Shown here: in pieces, positions 41,489-51,145 of the stretch
Position numbering within the stretch: the stretch's first letter is position 1
Layout of the letters: every line of letters begins with the position of its first letter
Sequence record: OP557969.1
DNA from: Escherichia phage ph0011
Length of the DNA: 64,000 bases
Reading direction: 5' to 3' (one strand)
Made by a program: the position numbers and the translations under genes
Notes under the pieces: generated by a model
The model's database searches: none
The model's input: only the letters and a program-made list of their open reading frames with translations
What the model was told of the DNA's origin: nothing

Positions 41489-42760
41489 ATGAAATCTATG
41501 GAGAGAAATCAAATGCCAAGTAATTTTACTGATAAAAATGGTGGTAACATGGCAGGTCACTCGGATAAATGGAGTGAACGCAACCGCCGCCCAAATAGTT
41601 ACCAAGCAGGTCAAGGTTCCCGTGGCTCCAGAAACCAAGGAACTGGTCTAGCTGGTAAAGCAAATGCTGAACCAGGTGAAGTTAAAAGTACTGAGAACAT
41701 GACTGAGCTAGAAAAGCTACGTTATGTTAATTCATTAGGACTTCTTAATGCTACACAAAAACAACGTCTAGCTGATATGGAACGCGAAGAAAAAGAAAAA
41801 ACGACTGCTAAAGAAGAACCAAAACAGGAAGCACCGAAGCCGTCTAATCCTGTCAAAGAACTGTCTGATAAGTTAGGTAAGATCTTTGCAAATAAACCCC
41901 AACTTATTCAAGGTATTGTCAAAGAATTGCAATCTGTACCTAAAGAAGAATTAAAAGTCAAAGCACAAGCTGTTCTGGATGCAATGAAAGGAAATACCAG
42001 CACTGAGCCAACTGAAGTGTTCAGCACTATTATGCGTGCACTGGAAGGTAAACAACAAGGTGAAGAACGTGGTGATGAAGTAAGTCTTGAACGTGTTCTT
42101 AAAACATTTGATAGTATTGGGAAAGAAGACCGTGTTAATGCACAACAGGTTAAAAATGTACTAGCAAAATTGGAAAACCGTCTAGAAGGTAAAGATGATA
42201 AGATTAAATTGGTATCTGATGCAGTTGACAATGCACTTAAATCTTATGTACAAGGTGAAAAGAGTCGTTTTGTGACCGCGATGGATGTAGCATTCAATAC
42301 AATGAAAAAGTATGAAGCTGACCATGGTGAGAAGGTTACACCTGATGGTTATCTGATGCGTGATGATGAAGAAGGTGCAGTAGAACAGAATGATGTTCAT
42401 TCTGACGAAGATATTGATGATATGGAAGCTGAACTGTCACAAGATCGCCAAATGACTGAAAAATCACACAACGAACTAAAGAAATTAATGCAGTGGGTCG
42501 CTGATGTTGGAGAAAAAGCGGGTGCTGATAAGAAAAGTATAAACCGAAATCTTAGTTGGATTAAAGATAAAGTAGGTAACAACGCTCGTAAACTACAAAA
42601 AGCATGGACTGATGTAGTGAATGGTGCAGTAGATATTGACGTTGAATCTGGTGAAGCATATGATTATGCATTGACTACACTTGATGATTCTTTTCGTGAC
42701 TACGAAAAAGGAAACGTAACTCCTTGGGAAAAGGACATAATGAGCAAATACGGCAAATGA
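41489..42760 (+). CDS. large K/E-rich hypothetical protein
   Basis: 423 aa; LRYVNSLGLLNATQ, ELQSVPKEELKVKAQ motifs. Confidence 0.55.
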   Translation: MKSMERNQMPSNFTDKNGGNMAGHSDKWSERNRRPNSYQAGQGSRGSRNQGTGLAGKANAEPGEVKSTENMTELEKLRYVNSLGLLNATQKQRLADMEREEKEKTTAKEEPKQEAPKPSNPVKELSDKLGKIFANKPQLIQGIVKELQSVPKEELKVKAQAVLDAMKGNTSTEPTEVFSTIMRALEGKQQGEERGDEVSLERVLKTFDSIGKEDRVNAQQVKNVLAKLENRLEGKDDKIKLVSDAVDNALKSYVQGEKSRFVTAMDVAFNTMKKYEADHGEKVTPDGYLMRDDEEGAVEQNDVHSDEDIDDMEAELSQDRQMTEKSHNELKKLMQWVADVGEKAGADKKSINRNLSWIKDKVGNNARKLQKAWTDVVNGAVDIDVESGEAYDYALTTLDDSFRDYEKGNVTPWEKDIMSKYGK

Positions 42761-42768
42761 TAACAAAA

Positions 42769-42801
42769 AGGTTGACTTCGGTCAGCCTTTTTTGTTATGA
42801 T
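42769..42801 (+). promoter_or_regulatory. PeSL-like terminator-promoter module (copy 3)
   Basis: AAGGTTGACTTCGGTCAGCCTTTTTT + TATGAT. Confidence 0.65.
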
Positions 42802-42829
42802 GGTGCTATCCACTATTGAGGCCAGAGAG

Positions 42830-43453
42830 ATGACCAAGCAAGAAATATTCAAAACTTTAATTGATATATTACGTCCATCTAAATTACGGTGTGCAATGGA
42901 GTTTGATATTCCTTATGCTGAACAGGTAATCTTTCCACAAGTGAAATCAGCAGGACTTACGTTGCTTGGTATGGGAATGTACTCTGTTGTAGTTGAACAT
43001 GAAAACTATCCTGGGCGAGCATTTAAAGTGACAACATCACGCTGGGATGGCTTTCGTGCATATGCAAAGTACTGCATTGAAAACGCAGGAACTAAATTTC
43101 TTCCTGTTATATACAGTGCAAATGAGCAAGGAAACTTCGGCTGGTATGAGATGGATAAGTATTACCCTATAATTAAACAAAAAAATAATTACGATGATTT
43201 TGTGAGTACTAAAATTGGTGATTTATATTCGTATGCACATGCTGGACAGTATGCTTCATCACTATCTACTATGTGTGGTAGCCCAGAAGAAATTGCTATT
43301 GCAACAGTTGTTGCGAACATAATGAAAGAGTTTCATGGTCGTTTTGTACCAGACATTCATTCCAGAAATGTAATGATGGACAAAGATGGCAACGTATACA
43401 TCACAGATCCTATTTCATGTGATGTACGGCGAGAAATACCAATCACACAATAA
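42830..43453 (+). CDS. hypothetical protein
   Basis: start MTKQEIFK, downstream of the module -10 (track ATG 42797 lies inside the -10). Confidence 0.45.
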   Translation: MTKQEIFKTLIDILRPSKLRCAMEFDIPYAEQVIFPQVKSAGLTLLGMGMYSVVVEHENYPGRAFKVTTSRWDGFRAYAKYCIENAGTKFLPVIYSANEQGNFGWYEMDKYYPIIKQKNNYDDFVSTKIGDLYSYAHAGQYASSLSTMCGSPEEIAIATVVANIMKEFHGRFVPDIHSRNVMMDKDGNVYITDPISCDVRREIPITQ

Positions 43454-43467
43454 GACCCAGTTTTTTG

Positions 43468-43496
43468 TTGACAGAACTTTAATACTGTTATATTAT
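43468..43496 (+). promoter_or_regulatory. candidate promoter
   Basis: TTGACA ... TATATT/TATTAT. Confidence 0.4.
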
Positions 43497-43534
43497 TTAA
43501 AAATGATAAACGAATTACATCTAAGGGTAAAATC

Positions 43535-43816
43535 ATGCGTTCATTTGAAAACTTAATCGGAAAAAACCGTTTAGCAGAAATTGAAGCAGATGTAAAAGAA
43601 TTGTCACAATCAAAAAGTTATATTCACTTAGATGAACTTTTTATTAAGTACGGTGAAATTGGATTTAAGACGTTATTTGTTTTTACTTTTAAAGTTCACA
43701 GTTTAAAGTACTTCGATTTAAGTTATAAAAATGGTCAACCGAATCTATATCATATGTATTATCTCAAGAATATAGAAGAGGCTCATTCCTTATTTTCTGA
43801 ATATCTGAAGGTATAA
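43535..43816 (+). CDS. hypothetical protein
   Basis: ORF 93 aa. Confidence 0.45.
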   Translation: MRSFENLIGKNRLAEIEADVKELSQSKSYIHLDELFIKYGEIGFKTLFVFTFKVHSLKYFDLSYKNGQPNLYHMYYLKNIEEAHSLFSEYLKV

Positions 43817-43817
43817 A

Positions 43818-44156
43818 ATGGAACAATATTTTGAATTAATTAATAAAGTGTCATTCTATGTAGTGTCATTGACGTGGGTTTATTTCATGTTTTGCTACAT
43901 TATTGCATTCTTCCGATATACTACTTTATATGAACGTATCTATTATGATGCACCAATTTCATTCTTGGTGTTCTGTGCATGTACGTGGGGAATATTAGAA
44001 GTACTGATATGTGGATATAGAACTGATGAATTAAATCTGGTATCGGTATTGACTGGGTTATCACTTGGTGTTATGATATCTTTCTTTCCAGTATGGTTGT
44101 TCTTTGAACTGATCCATCGCATTGATGTATGGCGTTCTAATATCCCTGAAAAATAA
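43818..44156 (+). CDS. small membrane protein family A, member 1
   Basis: TM-rich; C-terminal IHRIDVWRSNIPEK. Confidence 0.5.
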   Translation: MEQYFELINKVSFYVVSLTWVYFMFCYIIAFFRYTTLYERIYYDAPISFLVFCACTWGILEVLICGYRTDELNLVSVLTGLSLGVMISFFPVWLFFELIHRIDVWRSNIPEK

Positions 44157-44159
44157 GGA

Positions 44160-44507
44160 TTGATAATGATTTTCTACACTAATTCGTTTGCTTATGCTAT
44201 TGCATCAATCTACATTGTGTACTTCTTATTTGGTGGAGTACTGTACTTCTTTAAGTACAAAACATTGTTTAACAGAATGTATCCAAATCACCCAATTGTA
44301 GTAGTACTTTTGATAATTTCTGTTGCTCATATCATTGTAGAAACAATAATGGGTATCAGTGCAGTACATTACAGTCTAGGTACTATTGTAATTATTACTA
44401 TGATCATAGCATACATTTTAGTAATGGGTTCTGGTTTATTTGGGAATGTAGCAATGAAAATGTATAATCGAATCAAAACATTACGTGATAATCTACCGGA
44501 GCGTTGA
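44160..44507 (+). CDS. small membrane protein family A, member 2
   Basis: C-terminal KTLRDNLPER. Confidence 0.5.
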   Translation: MIMIFYTNSFAYAIASIYIVYFLFGGVLYFFKYKTLFNRMYPNHPIVVVLLIISVAHIIVETIMGISAVHYSLGTIVIITMIIAYILVMGSGLFGNVAMKMYNRIKTLRDNLPER

Positions 44508-44508
44508 G

Positions 44509-44853
44509 TTGTATAATTTAAATTTAATATCATATATCATAACAACAATGTTTACTTTCTATGCCTTTGTTGGTATAATCCTACTGTACTTTAAATTTTA
44601 TAAAGTCTTTGACCGTTTATTTCCATCATTGGAACATGAATTCTTATTGGTGATGTACATCTGTTTAACGTGTATGTCTACATTTTTCACTGTATTTGAT
44701 GGTATCATTGGTATTAAAGCTGAATATCCAAATGGAAGTACACTTGTTGCCTTTATACTGGTAGGATTCTTCGGTACTTATATCACTTTCATTTCAACAT
44801 GGTCTGTGGTTGATTATCTCATTAGATTACGAAATAAAATGCCAAATCGATAG
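44509..44853 (+). CDS. small membrane protein family A, member 3
   Basis: C-terminal IRLRNKMPNR; start uncertain (TTG 44509 after GGAG, or ATG 44548). Confidence 0.4.
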   Translation: MYNLNLISYIITTMFTFYAFVGIILLYFKFYKVFDRLFPSLEHEFLLVMYICLTCMSTFFTVFDGIIGIKAEYPNGSTLVAFILVGFFGTYITFISTWSVVDYLIRLRNKMPNR

Positions 44854-44862
44854 GGGATTGCT

Positions 44863-45120
44863 ATGTTTGCATTGCGTAATAAAAATACAAAAGAGATTCT
44901 ATGTATCTCAGCAGTATGGGATTGTGCAGGAAGTGAAATGATCCTCGAAGAAGGTTCAGGTGATTGTGTTTATGTTGTTCAGGATCGTCGTGAACTTGAA
45001 TCATTACTTGATGAATTTAATGCTGGTGGTAATCCTAAAAGTACTGAATTCCCTGTGATTATTAATCCAGCATCACCTGGTTCTTATGAAATTCTACAAC
45101 TGTGGGAGATGGATAAGTAA
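44863..45120 (+). CDS. hypothetical protein
   Basis: ORF 85 aa. Confidence 0.45.
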   Translation: MFALRNKNTKEILCISAVWDCAGSEMILEEGSGDCVYVVQDRRELESLLDEFNAGGNPKSTEFPVIINPASPGSYEILQLWEMDK

Positions 45121-45500
45121 TGCGTCAAATGTACAAAGTAACCGAGCTAAACAAGCGTCTGATTAAACAATCAATGTTCGAGGACAAAGAGTCTTATTAT
45201 AACTTTAAACGTGCTGTAGAGGCTGCTATCCATATCCAGAAGCTTAAAGATAGTGGTTGTATTATTCTCGAAAATGGTTCTGATGTTGTAACGGATGACT
45301 TTAGTGTAGCGTTTGATGTTTCACCAGATGGCACACTATCAATGCCACGATTAGGAACTGGAAACATGACTGTTTGGGTCGGCTTCACTATGGGTAATGT
45401 ACCAGACACGGTGTATGTAGATGATATTGAGTTGAAAGAAAGCTTCAAAAACTTATCTTATCTTGAACCACAATACGCACATGAAATGAATTTATTTTGA
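45120..45500 (+). CDS. hypothetical protein
   Basis: ORF 126 aa. Confidence 0.45.
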   Translation: MRQMYKVTELNKRLIKQSMFEDKESYYNFKRAVEAAIHIQKLKDSGCIILENGSDVVTDDFSVAFDVSPDGTLSMPRLGTGNMTVWVGFTMGNVPDTVYVDDIELKESFKNLSYLEPQYAHEMNLF

Positions 45501-45501
45501 G

Positions 45502-45529
45502 TTGACAAACAGATTTAGTACTGTATAAT
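45502..45529 (+). promoter_or_regulatory. early promoter
   Basis: TTGACAAACAGATTTAGTACTGTATAATG. Confidence 0.65.
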
Positions 45530-45576
45530 GTTTACCAACGGGATGAATTTCCCATCCCTACTATCGAGGAATTACC

Positions 45577-46131
45577 ATGATTACTTTTAAGAAAACAGCT
45601 AACCATATCCATGAAATTTACATTAACGGTCATAAAGCTGGGCTTCTTCGCTTACTGGCACATCATCCTAATGTAGACGTATCTGATAATGAACCTAAAG
45701 ATTGGCGTGTCTTTTTCTTTGGAAAGTACAGTGATTTTCAAGTATCAAATCTGAAGAATATTCGTTCAGTATGCACGTTAACTGAAATTAAAGAAAAGTT
45801 AGCAGAAGCACTGAAAACCAATCCAAATGGAATCCTTCCTCCTGATAACTTTGTAGATAAAGGTTATGCTTTAGCTCATTTCAAAGATGGTACTATTCAA
45901 TCTATTAGTACTGAATATGAATATCACTGGACTGAGTACTTCACTTATGGCTCACCTAATACATTGATGGCTTCACGTAGTAAATTGGAAGAAGTACTGA
46001 CGCGTATTAATGAACGCGAGCGTCAGTTCTATGACAAACCAGAAATGTGGAGTTCAACTTACATTGACCGTATTGACTATGTTATTATGACTCCAATCTT
46101 TAACACTGCTTACTATGATTCTTTGAAATAA
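45577..46131 (+). CDS. hypothetical protein
   Basis: ORF 184 aa. Confidence 0.5.
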   Translation: MITFKKTANHIHEIYINGHKAGLLRLLAHHPNVDVSDNEPKDWRVFFFGKYSDFQVSNLKNIRSVCTLTEIKEKLAEALKTNPNGILPPDNFVDKGYALAHFKDGTIQSISTEYEYHWTEYFTYGSPNTLMASRSKLEEVLTRINERERQFYDKPEMWSSTYIDRIDYVIMTPIFNTAYYDSLK

Positions 46132-46142
46132 GGATAACTTAT

Positions 46143-46319
46143 ATGAAACTACGTACTCGTAATCGCCTGATGGATGCACTGTATCATGAACAGTATTCAT
46201 TAAATGAAGTAAAGCGTCAGCTAATGTATACATATCAGTTACCAGCCCGTACTGCGAAACAGCGTGCTAAAGAATTACTGAAAGAAGCTATCGAGTACTG
46301 GGAATCCGATTCGTATTAA
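46143..46319 (+). CDS. small basic hypothetical protein
   Basis: 58-aa ORF read from sequence (MKLRTRNRLMDALYHE...). Confidence 0.35.
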   Translation: MKLRTRNRLMDALYHEQYSLNEVKRQLMYTYQLPARTAKQRAKELLKEAIEYWESDSY

Positions 46320-46358
46320 TATTACGTGATATGTCACATTAATTAAGTGAGACGATAA

Positions 46359-46610
46359 ATGAAAATTTTATTAGTTCTAATACTACTAATTGTTTTACCA
46401 TTTACTTTAGTATCTCCTGAACTTGCATGGAATGTGTTTGTGTACTTGGTATGTACTATTGCGGTAAATGGTATCTTGTTCTTAGTTCTATTCATAAATG
46501 GAATAGGACACGGTGGTGGATGGACCAGTACTGCTAATATTGTACATAAAACCACTATGTCTTTATTTGTAGTGTGGAATTTATTCTGGACTTGGTTTGT
46601 GTTCTTCTAA
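46359..46610 (+). CDS. small membrane protein
   Basis: 83 aa. Confidence 0.45.
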   Translation: MKILLVLILLIVLPFTLVSPELAWNVFVYLVCTIAVNGILFLVLFINGIGHGGGWTSTANIVHKTTMSLFVVWNLFWTWFVFF

Positions 46611-46618
46611 TTAAAAAT

Positions 46619-46990
46619 ATGAATATAGATTTGAAAGGTTCAACACGAACTGTTATCCTTATTGGTGATTATGCTATTAAGATTCCAACCTTTAAAAGTT
46701 GGAAGTTATTCCTAACTGGAATGATAGCGAACCTCAATGAACGTTCATGGATGCAGTACTCCAATCGTAGTGATAGTGGAATATCCCCTACGCTGTGGTC
46801 CTCTCGTACTGGTTTAATAACAGTACAGAAACGTTGTAAACCTGTACAACATAGGGGTTTATTTTGGGTTGAGTTGTGTGCGTTGGCATCAAAATCAGAG
46901 TTGAATACTGACTTCTTCTATTCAGATGCGAAGCCAGAAAACTTTGGGTATCTGTGTGGTAAGTTGGTTAAACTTGATTATGGAGATTAA
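46619..46990 (+). CDS. hypothetical protein
   Basis: start MNIDLKGSTR. Confidence 0.4.
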   Translation: MNIDLKGSTRTVILIGDYAIKIPTFKSWKLFLTGMIANLNERSWMQYSNRSDSGISPTLWSSRTGLITVQKRCKPVQHRGLFWVELCALASKSELNTDFFYSDAKPENFGYLCGKLVKLDYGD

Positions 46991-46991
46991 T

Positions 46992-47261
46992 ATGTACGCA
47001 TTGTATAATAAAGAAAAGAAACGATTTGCTAAGGTTGAAATTTCGATTGATACATTTGACATGTTGGAGTACTGTATTGTAACGGATTTATATGCTAACT
47101 TGTATTACGTTCTTGATGACGTATCAGTACTGCAACGATTGCTTGAGAATTCCAAAAGTCAATGCCAGGGCATCTATGATGGTTCATCTTATGAAACACC
47201 TGAGTGTTCCTACGGCTATCTGGACGGGTATGAGATTGTAAAGTTGGGGATTGTTGAATAA
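46992..47261 (+). CDS. hypothetical protein
   Basis: start MYALYNKEKK. Confidence 0.4.
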   Translation: MYALYNKEKKRFAKVEISIDTFDMLEYCIVTDLYANLYYVLDDVSVLQRLLENSKSQCQGIYDGSSYETPECSYGYLDGYEIVKLGIVE

Positions 47262-47273
47262 ATTGATTAAACA

Positions 47274-47687
47274 ATGAAGAAGTGTATCGCATGTAATATT
47301 GAAAAAGACATTAGTGAATTTGGTATAAGAAAAGATACTGGGAAACATAGAAATACATGCAAAGGTTGTAGTAATATTACCAGTAAGAAAACCAGAAATA
47401 AAAAAACTGATGTCAAAAAGCTTGAAGAAATCAAAAGAAAAAATAAAGATTTCATGACCAGAGTTAAATCATTTTATGGATGTAGTATTTGTGCGATGAA
47501 GTATCCAGAATGTTTAGACTTTCACCATCTTGACCCTAATACTAAAGAACATACACCAAGTTCTATGTTCAGTAAAAGTCGAGATGCTATCAAAGATGAA
47601 ATTCGAAAGTGTATGATTCTTTGTTCTAATCATCATCGCATGGTCCATTCTGGAAGACTATGTTTAATTGAAAGAAAAAAGGGTTGA
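47274..47687 (+). CDS. HNH endonuclease with zinc ribbons
   Basis: CIACN...CKGC; CSICAMKYPECLDFHHLDPNTKEH...CMILCSNHHRMVH. Confidence 0.65.
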   Translation: MKKCIACNIEKDISEFGIRKDTGKHRNTCKGCSNITSKKTRNKKTDVKKLEEIKRKNKDFMTRVKSFYGCSICAMKYPECLDFHHLDPNTKEHTPSSMFSKSRDAIKDEIRKCMILCSNHHRMVHSGRLCLIERKKG

Positions 47688-47713
47688 CTTCTGTCAGCCC
47701 TTTTTGTTATAAT
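47680..47713 (+). promoter_or_regulatory. PeSL-like terminator-promoter module (copy 4)
   Basis: GGGTTGACTTCTGTCAGCCCTTTTT + TATAAT; HNH stop codon inside. Confidence 0.7.
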
Positions 47714-47743
47714 CATTTCATCGAAGCTTGAGGATATTAAAAA

Positions 47744-48226
47744 ATGAACTACTTAGATTTGATTAACTCATATGTAATTAGCCCATATATTAACGATGAA
47801 AGTATTAAATGTGTAGTATCAGTTGAGGATCACCCAACTGGTGCATTAAAACTATTTGGTGCAGGTCAAATTAACAACCGCAACGGGTATACATTTGAAT
47901 ATTTACCATCAAGTGATAAGTTTGGATGTTATGACCACGAAACAAATAAGGGATATATTTGGGGAACACACTTAAGTATTGCACAATCTTCGCTTTTCGA
48001 AGACCATAATGGGTATATGTGGCGATATTTGGGTGCAGTACTGCTTGATATCGCCCGTAGGTATAAGAAGTGTATAACATTAACTTATACTCATACAAAT
48101 GAATATAAAAACGAAGTTCAAGTTAATGATGAGGAATTTTTTAAAAATATTCCTTATATTGATTTTAACTGTCAAAATGGTTATGCTACATACCCAGCAA
48201 GTTTTGAAGGTGAAAGATACTTTTAA
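47744..48226 (+). CDS. hypothetical protein
   Basis: ORF 160 aa. Confidence 0.5.
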   Translation: MNYLDLINSYVISPYINDESIKCVVSVEDHPTGALKLFGAGQINNRNGYTFEYLPSSDKFGCYDHETNKGYIWGTHLSIAQSSLFEDHNGYMWRYLGAVLLDIARRYKKCITLTYTHTNEYKNEVQVNDEEFFKNIPYIDFNCQNGYATYPASFEGERYF

Positions 48227-48319
48227 AAAAGAGTTGATTTAAAATGTATAAGTGATATACTTATCATATCAAGACGAAACAACAACCAACATGTAAACGC
48301 TACTAATTAGGAGACACAC

Positions 48320-48730
48320 ATGATCAACAAACATTTCGCAGTTTCCAAAACTGTAACCATCGATAATGAATGGGAAATTACCATTCTAAATGATACGGCT
48401 CGTGGACTACTGGCAGAGAATATTCTCCAGAAGTATATTGACTGTGAATCTGAGTTGATCATTCATGAACGCACTAAATTTCTTCTAATTGGTGGAAAGA
48501 AATGTAAAGTTCTGGTATTCACTGACAAAATGACCCGTGCAGATATCATTACTAAATTGGTTAGTTCTTCACGTCATCGTCCAGGTGTTAATAGATCAAT
48601 CGATGAGATTAAAGAAATGAAGCCAGGTGATTTATTCATTGTCGCGGGGTTTGATTCAAAAACGAGAAAAATGAGTATTTCAGAAATGTATACTAATGCT
48701 GAAATGCGTAATAAATTCTTTTCTAACTAA
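48320..48730 (+). CDS. hypothetical protein
   Basis: ORF 136 aa, AGGAGA RBS. Confidence 0.5.
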   Translation: MINKHFAVSKTVTIDNEWEITILNDTARGLLAENILQKYIDCESELIIHERTKFLLIGGKKCKVLVFTDKMTRADIITKLVSSSRHRPGVNRSIDEIKEMKPGDLFIVAGFDSKTRKMSISEMYTNAEMRNKFFSN

Positions 48731-48776
48731 TCAACCCGTGTAGTGTAATTTTATACACATTTTAGATGGATAAAAT

Positions 48777-49982
48777 ATGATCTTCGAAACTGAAAAAACA
48801 TTACTTGAAACTTACACTTTGGATAATCTAGTTAAACTTAACCTTGAACGACCAGATATCCAACGCAATTGGCAATGGAAAAATAATAACCAAAACAATC
48901 TTATTATTTCTATTCTAAAGAATTCTCCAATTGGTCAATTTTTGGTATGGAATGAAACTAGCTCGAATACTATGTACATCACTGATGGTCGTCATCGCTA
49001 TACAGTAATTTCAAACTTCATGAACAATAAATTTCCAGTCACTGTTAGAACTGAAGATGGGACTAAGGATTATTATTATGGTTCTGATGATCCAGTAGAA
49101 GAAGAAAACATTTCACTGAAACTTGGTGGAAAACGTAAAACATGGGATTTTTTATCTAAAGAAGAGCGTGATGCGTTTCGTGCAAAGGAAGTATCAGTAA
49201 CATTCGTTCATACCGACGATGCTGAAAAGATTTCAGATATGTTTATTGCAATTAATACTGCATCATCTAATCTATGTAAAGTGGATTTGTTAGTATGTAA
49301 GCACCACACAAATACATATATGAAACGTATTGATAAGCTATTTTCAATTGAGTTTGGTAAAGATGAACCCATGGCATCATTAGTTAGTGATTTTTACCGT
49401 GCAATCGGTCATTGTTGTGTTAATGGTAATCATGAGAAACACTTATCAAAGCTTAAAGCTAACCCTAAAGTACAGAAGCGTGAATTTTTTGAAATGTTCT
49501 TTATGGTCAAAGCGTTCGCGAAATTATGTGCTAGTGCACTAGATGGTAAGCTAAACTCATACCGTATGCCAAAGATGAACCAACAAATTGAAGAAGCAAT
49601 TATTAGTACTGAATCTCTTAGTGAGAAACATGCTGATGCTGATTTTGTTCAGTTTGTTAATGCAGTTCGTGAGATGAATTTAGTATCACCTGTAAAATCT
49701 GCACAAAAATTTCAATTTATCCATGAAGATATGAAGAATACCTTTAATAAGAGACTCTTTTGTATTTTGATGGGATTGTTTTATGCTTATGGTACAAGAT
49801 TGCCATTACATTTTCGTGATGTATGGGGTGACATTTATAATGAAATGTCAGAAAAAAGTTCAGAACTACCTACTAATGGAACCGATAGTCCTTCCGCAAT
49901 TTTAGCTGGCATTGAAATGATTGAACCATACTTTAGTTCAGCATTCAATAATATTCCATTGAGTGCTTACGTGGGAAAGTGA
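48777..49982 (+). CDS. DUF262-like (ParB/Srx-fold, GmrSD N-domain type) protein
   Basis: RPDIQRNWQW...LIISILKNSPIGQFLVW...YITDGRHRYTVISNF matches DUF262 pattern (P-x-FQR...W, DGQQR-like). Confidence 0.6.
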   Translation: MIFETEKTLLETYTLDNLVKLNLERPDIQRNWQWKNNNQNNLIISILKNSPIGQFLVWNETSSNTMYITDGRHRYTVISNFMNNKFPVTVRTEDGTKDYYYGSDDPVEEENISLKLGGKRKTWDFLSKEERDAFRAKEVSVTFVHTDDAEKISDMFIAINTASSNLCKVDLLVCKHHTNTYMKRIDKLFSIEFGKDEPMASLVSDFYRAIGHCCVNGNHEKHLSKLKANPKVQKREFFEMFFMVKAFAKLCASALDGKLNSYRMPKMNQQIEEAIISTESLSEKHADADFVQFVNAVREMNLVSPVKSAQKFQFIHEDMKNTFNKRLFCILMGLFYAYGTRLPLHFRDVWGDIYNEMSEKSSELPTNGTDSPSAILAGIEMIEPYFSSAFNNIPLSAYVGK

Positions 49983-50191
49983 AAAAACGTGGTGTACTAA
50001 ATACACTACAAAAACAATATCTTTTGAAAAGATATTCTTTGTGTTATCTTTGTGGACAGAAGATATCGGATTCAGATATACTACATTTTGACCATGTTCA
50101 ATCATTAAAAGATGGTGGTAGTAATGAATTAAGTAATATACGACCAACGCACTCCATTTGTAATTTACGTAAAGGTGCTAAGAGTATGTAA
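49979..50191 (+). CDS. small HNH nuclease
   Basis: CYLCGQK...HFDHVQSLKDGGSNELSNIRPTHSICNLRKG; ATGA-coupled to DUF262 gene. Confidence 0.65.
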   Translation: MKKRGVLNTLQKQYLLKRYSLCYLCGQKISDSDILHFDHVQSLKDGGSNELSNIRPTHSICNLRKGAKSM

Positions 50192-50240
50192 AGCTAATAC
50201 TCCCCAAAGATGGGGAGTATATATAATTAAAGGGATTTAT

Positions 50241-51077
50241 ATGAGTATTAAAAATAAATTAGATCAGTATTATACAAATCCAGAGTATGCTAAAAAATGT
50301 TATACTAAATCATTAGAGTTTATTTCGTCTCGAATGGACATTAATTCATCTTATTATATGGAGCCTTGTGTTGGGACTGGTTCGTTTTATCTACAGTTTC
50401 CTGAATCCCGTCGATTTGGGTGTGACATTGATCCGGTACATCTTGATGAAAATGTTATCCATTCCGATTTTTTACTTGAATTTGGTATCAATGCAAGAAG
50501 TAAAGGTGAACCAATACTTGTTATAAGTAATCCACCTTTTGGAAAAATTTCTTCTTTAGCCATTAAGTTTTTTAATAAATGTGCATCAATGCCTGAAGTG
50601 AAATATATTTGTTTTATTGTCCCTATGACATTTCGAAAAGCAGCAACACAAAATAAACTCAATGAGATGTTTCACCTGGTATTGGATGAAGATTCTCCAA
50701 ATGACGCTTTTATACTGCACGGAGAACCACATCATGTACCATGCGTGTTTCAGATATGGGAACGTAGGGATACAGTTCGTGAGAAACATGAGATTAAGAA
50801 CAAATCAGACTATTTCGATTATTGTACTAAGGAAGAGGCTGATGTTTTTATAAAACGTGTAGGAACCAAAGCAGGTGAGTATGCCGAGCCAGGGAAAGAA
50901 CACAAAGATGCAAGTATGTACTACATCAAAACTAAGTATGTTGATGAAATCATTAAGGTTTTGAAAAGTAAAGATTACCTTGATGAGATAAAACGTATAC
51001 GTAAAACCACAGCAGGGGTATACTGTGTGTCCAAATCTGAAATCGTTCTTAATATTGAAAAACGTTTGAATCTTTGA
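50241..51077 (+). CDS. DNA N6-adenine methyltransferase (gamma-class motif order), N4-cytosine not excluded
   Basis: YYTNPEYA (motif X-like), EPCVGTGSF (motif I), ISNPPFG (motif IV); start at MSIKNKLDQ. Confidence 0.6.
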   Translation: MSIKNKLDQYYTNPEYAKKCYTKSLEFISSRMDINSSYYMEPCVGTGSFYLQFPESRRFGCDIDPVHLDENVIHSDFLLEFGINARSKGEPILVISNPPFGKISSLAIKFFNKCASMPEVKYICFIVPMTFRKAATQNKLNEMFHLVLDEDSPNDAFILHGEPHHVPCVFQIWERRDTVREKHEIKNKSDYFDYCTKEEADVFIKRVGTKAGEYAEPGKEHKDASMYYIKTKYVDEIIKVLKSKDYLDEIKRIRKTTAGVYCVSKSEIVLNIEKRLNL

Positions 51078-51084
51078 AAATTAT

Positions 51085-51117
51085 AGGTTGACTTCGGTCA
51101 GCCTTTATTGTTATAAT
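51085..51117 (+). promoter_or_regulatory. PeSL-like terminator-promoter module (copy 5)
   Basis: AGGTTGACTTCGGTCAGCCTTTATTG + TATAAT. Confidence 0.7.
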
Positions 51118-51145
51118 CATTTTATATAAACAAGAGGATGATTAC

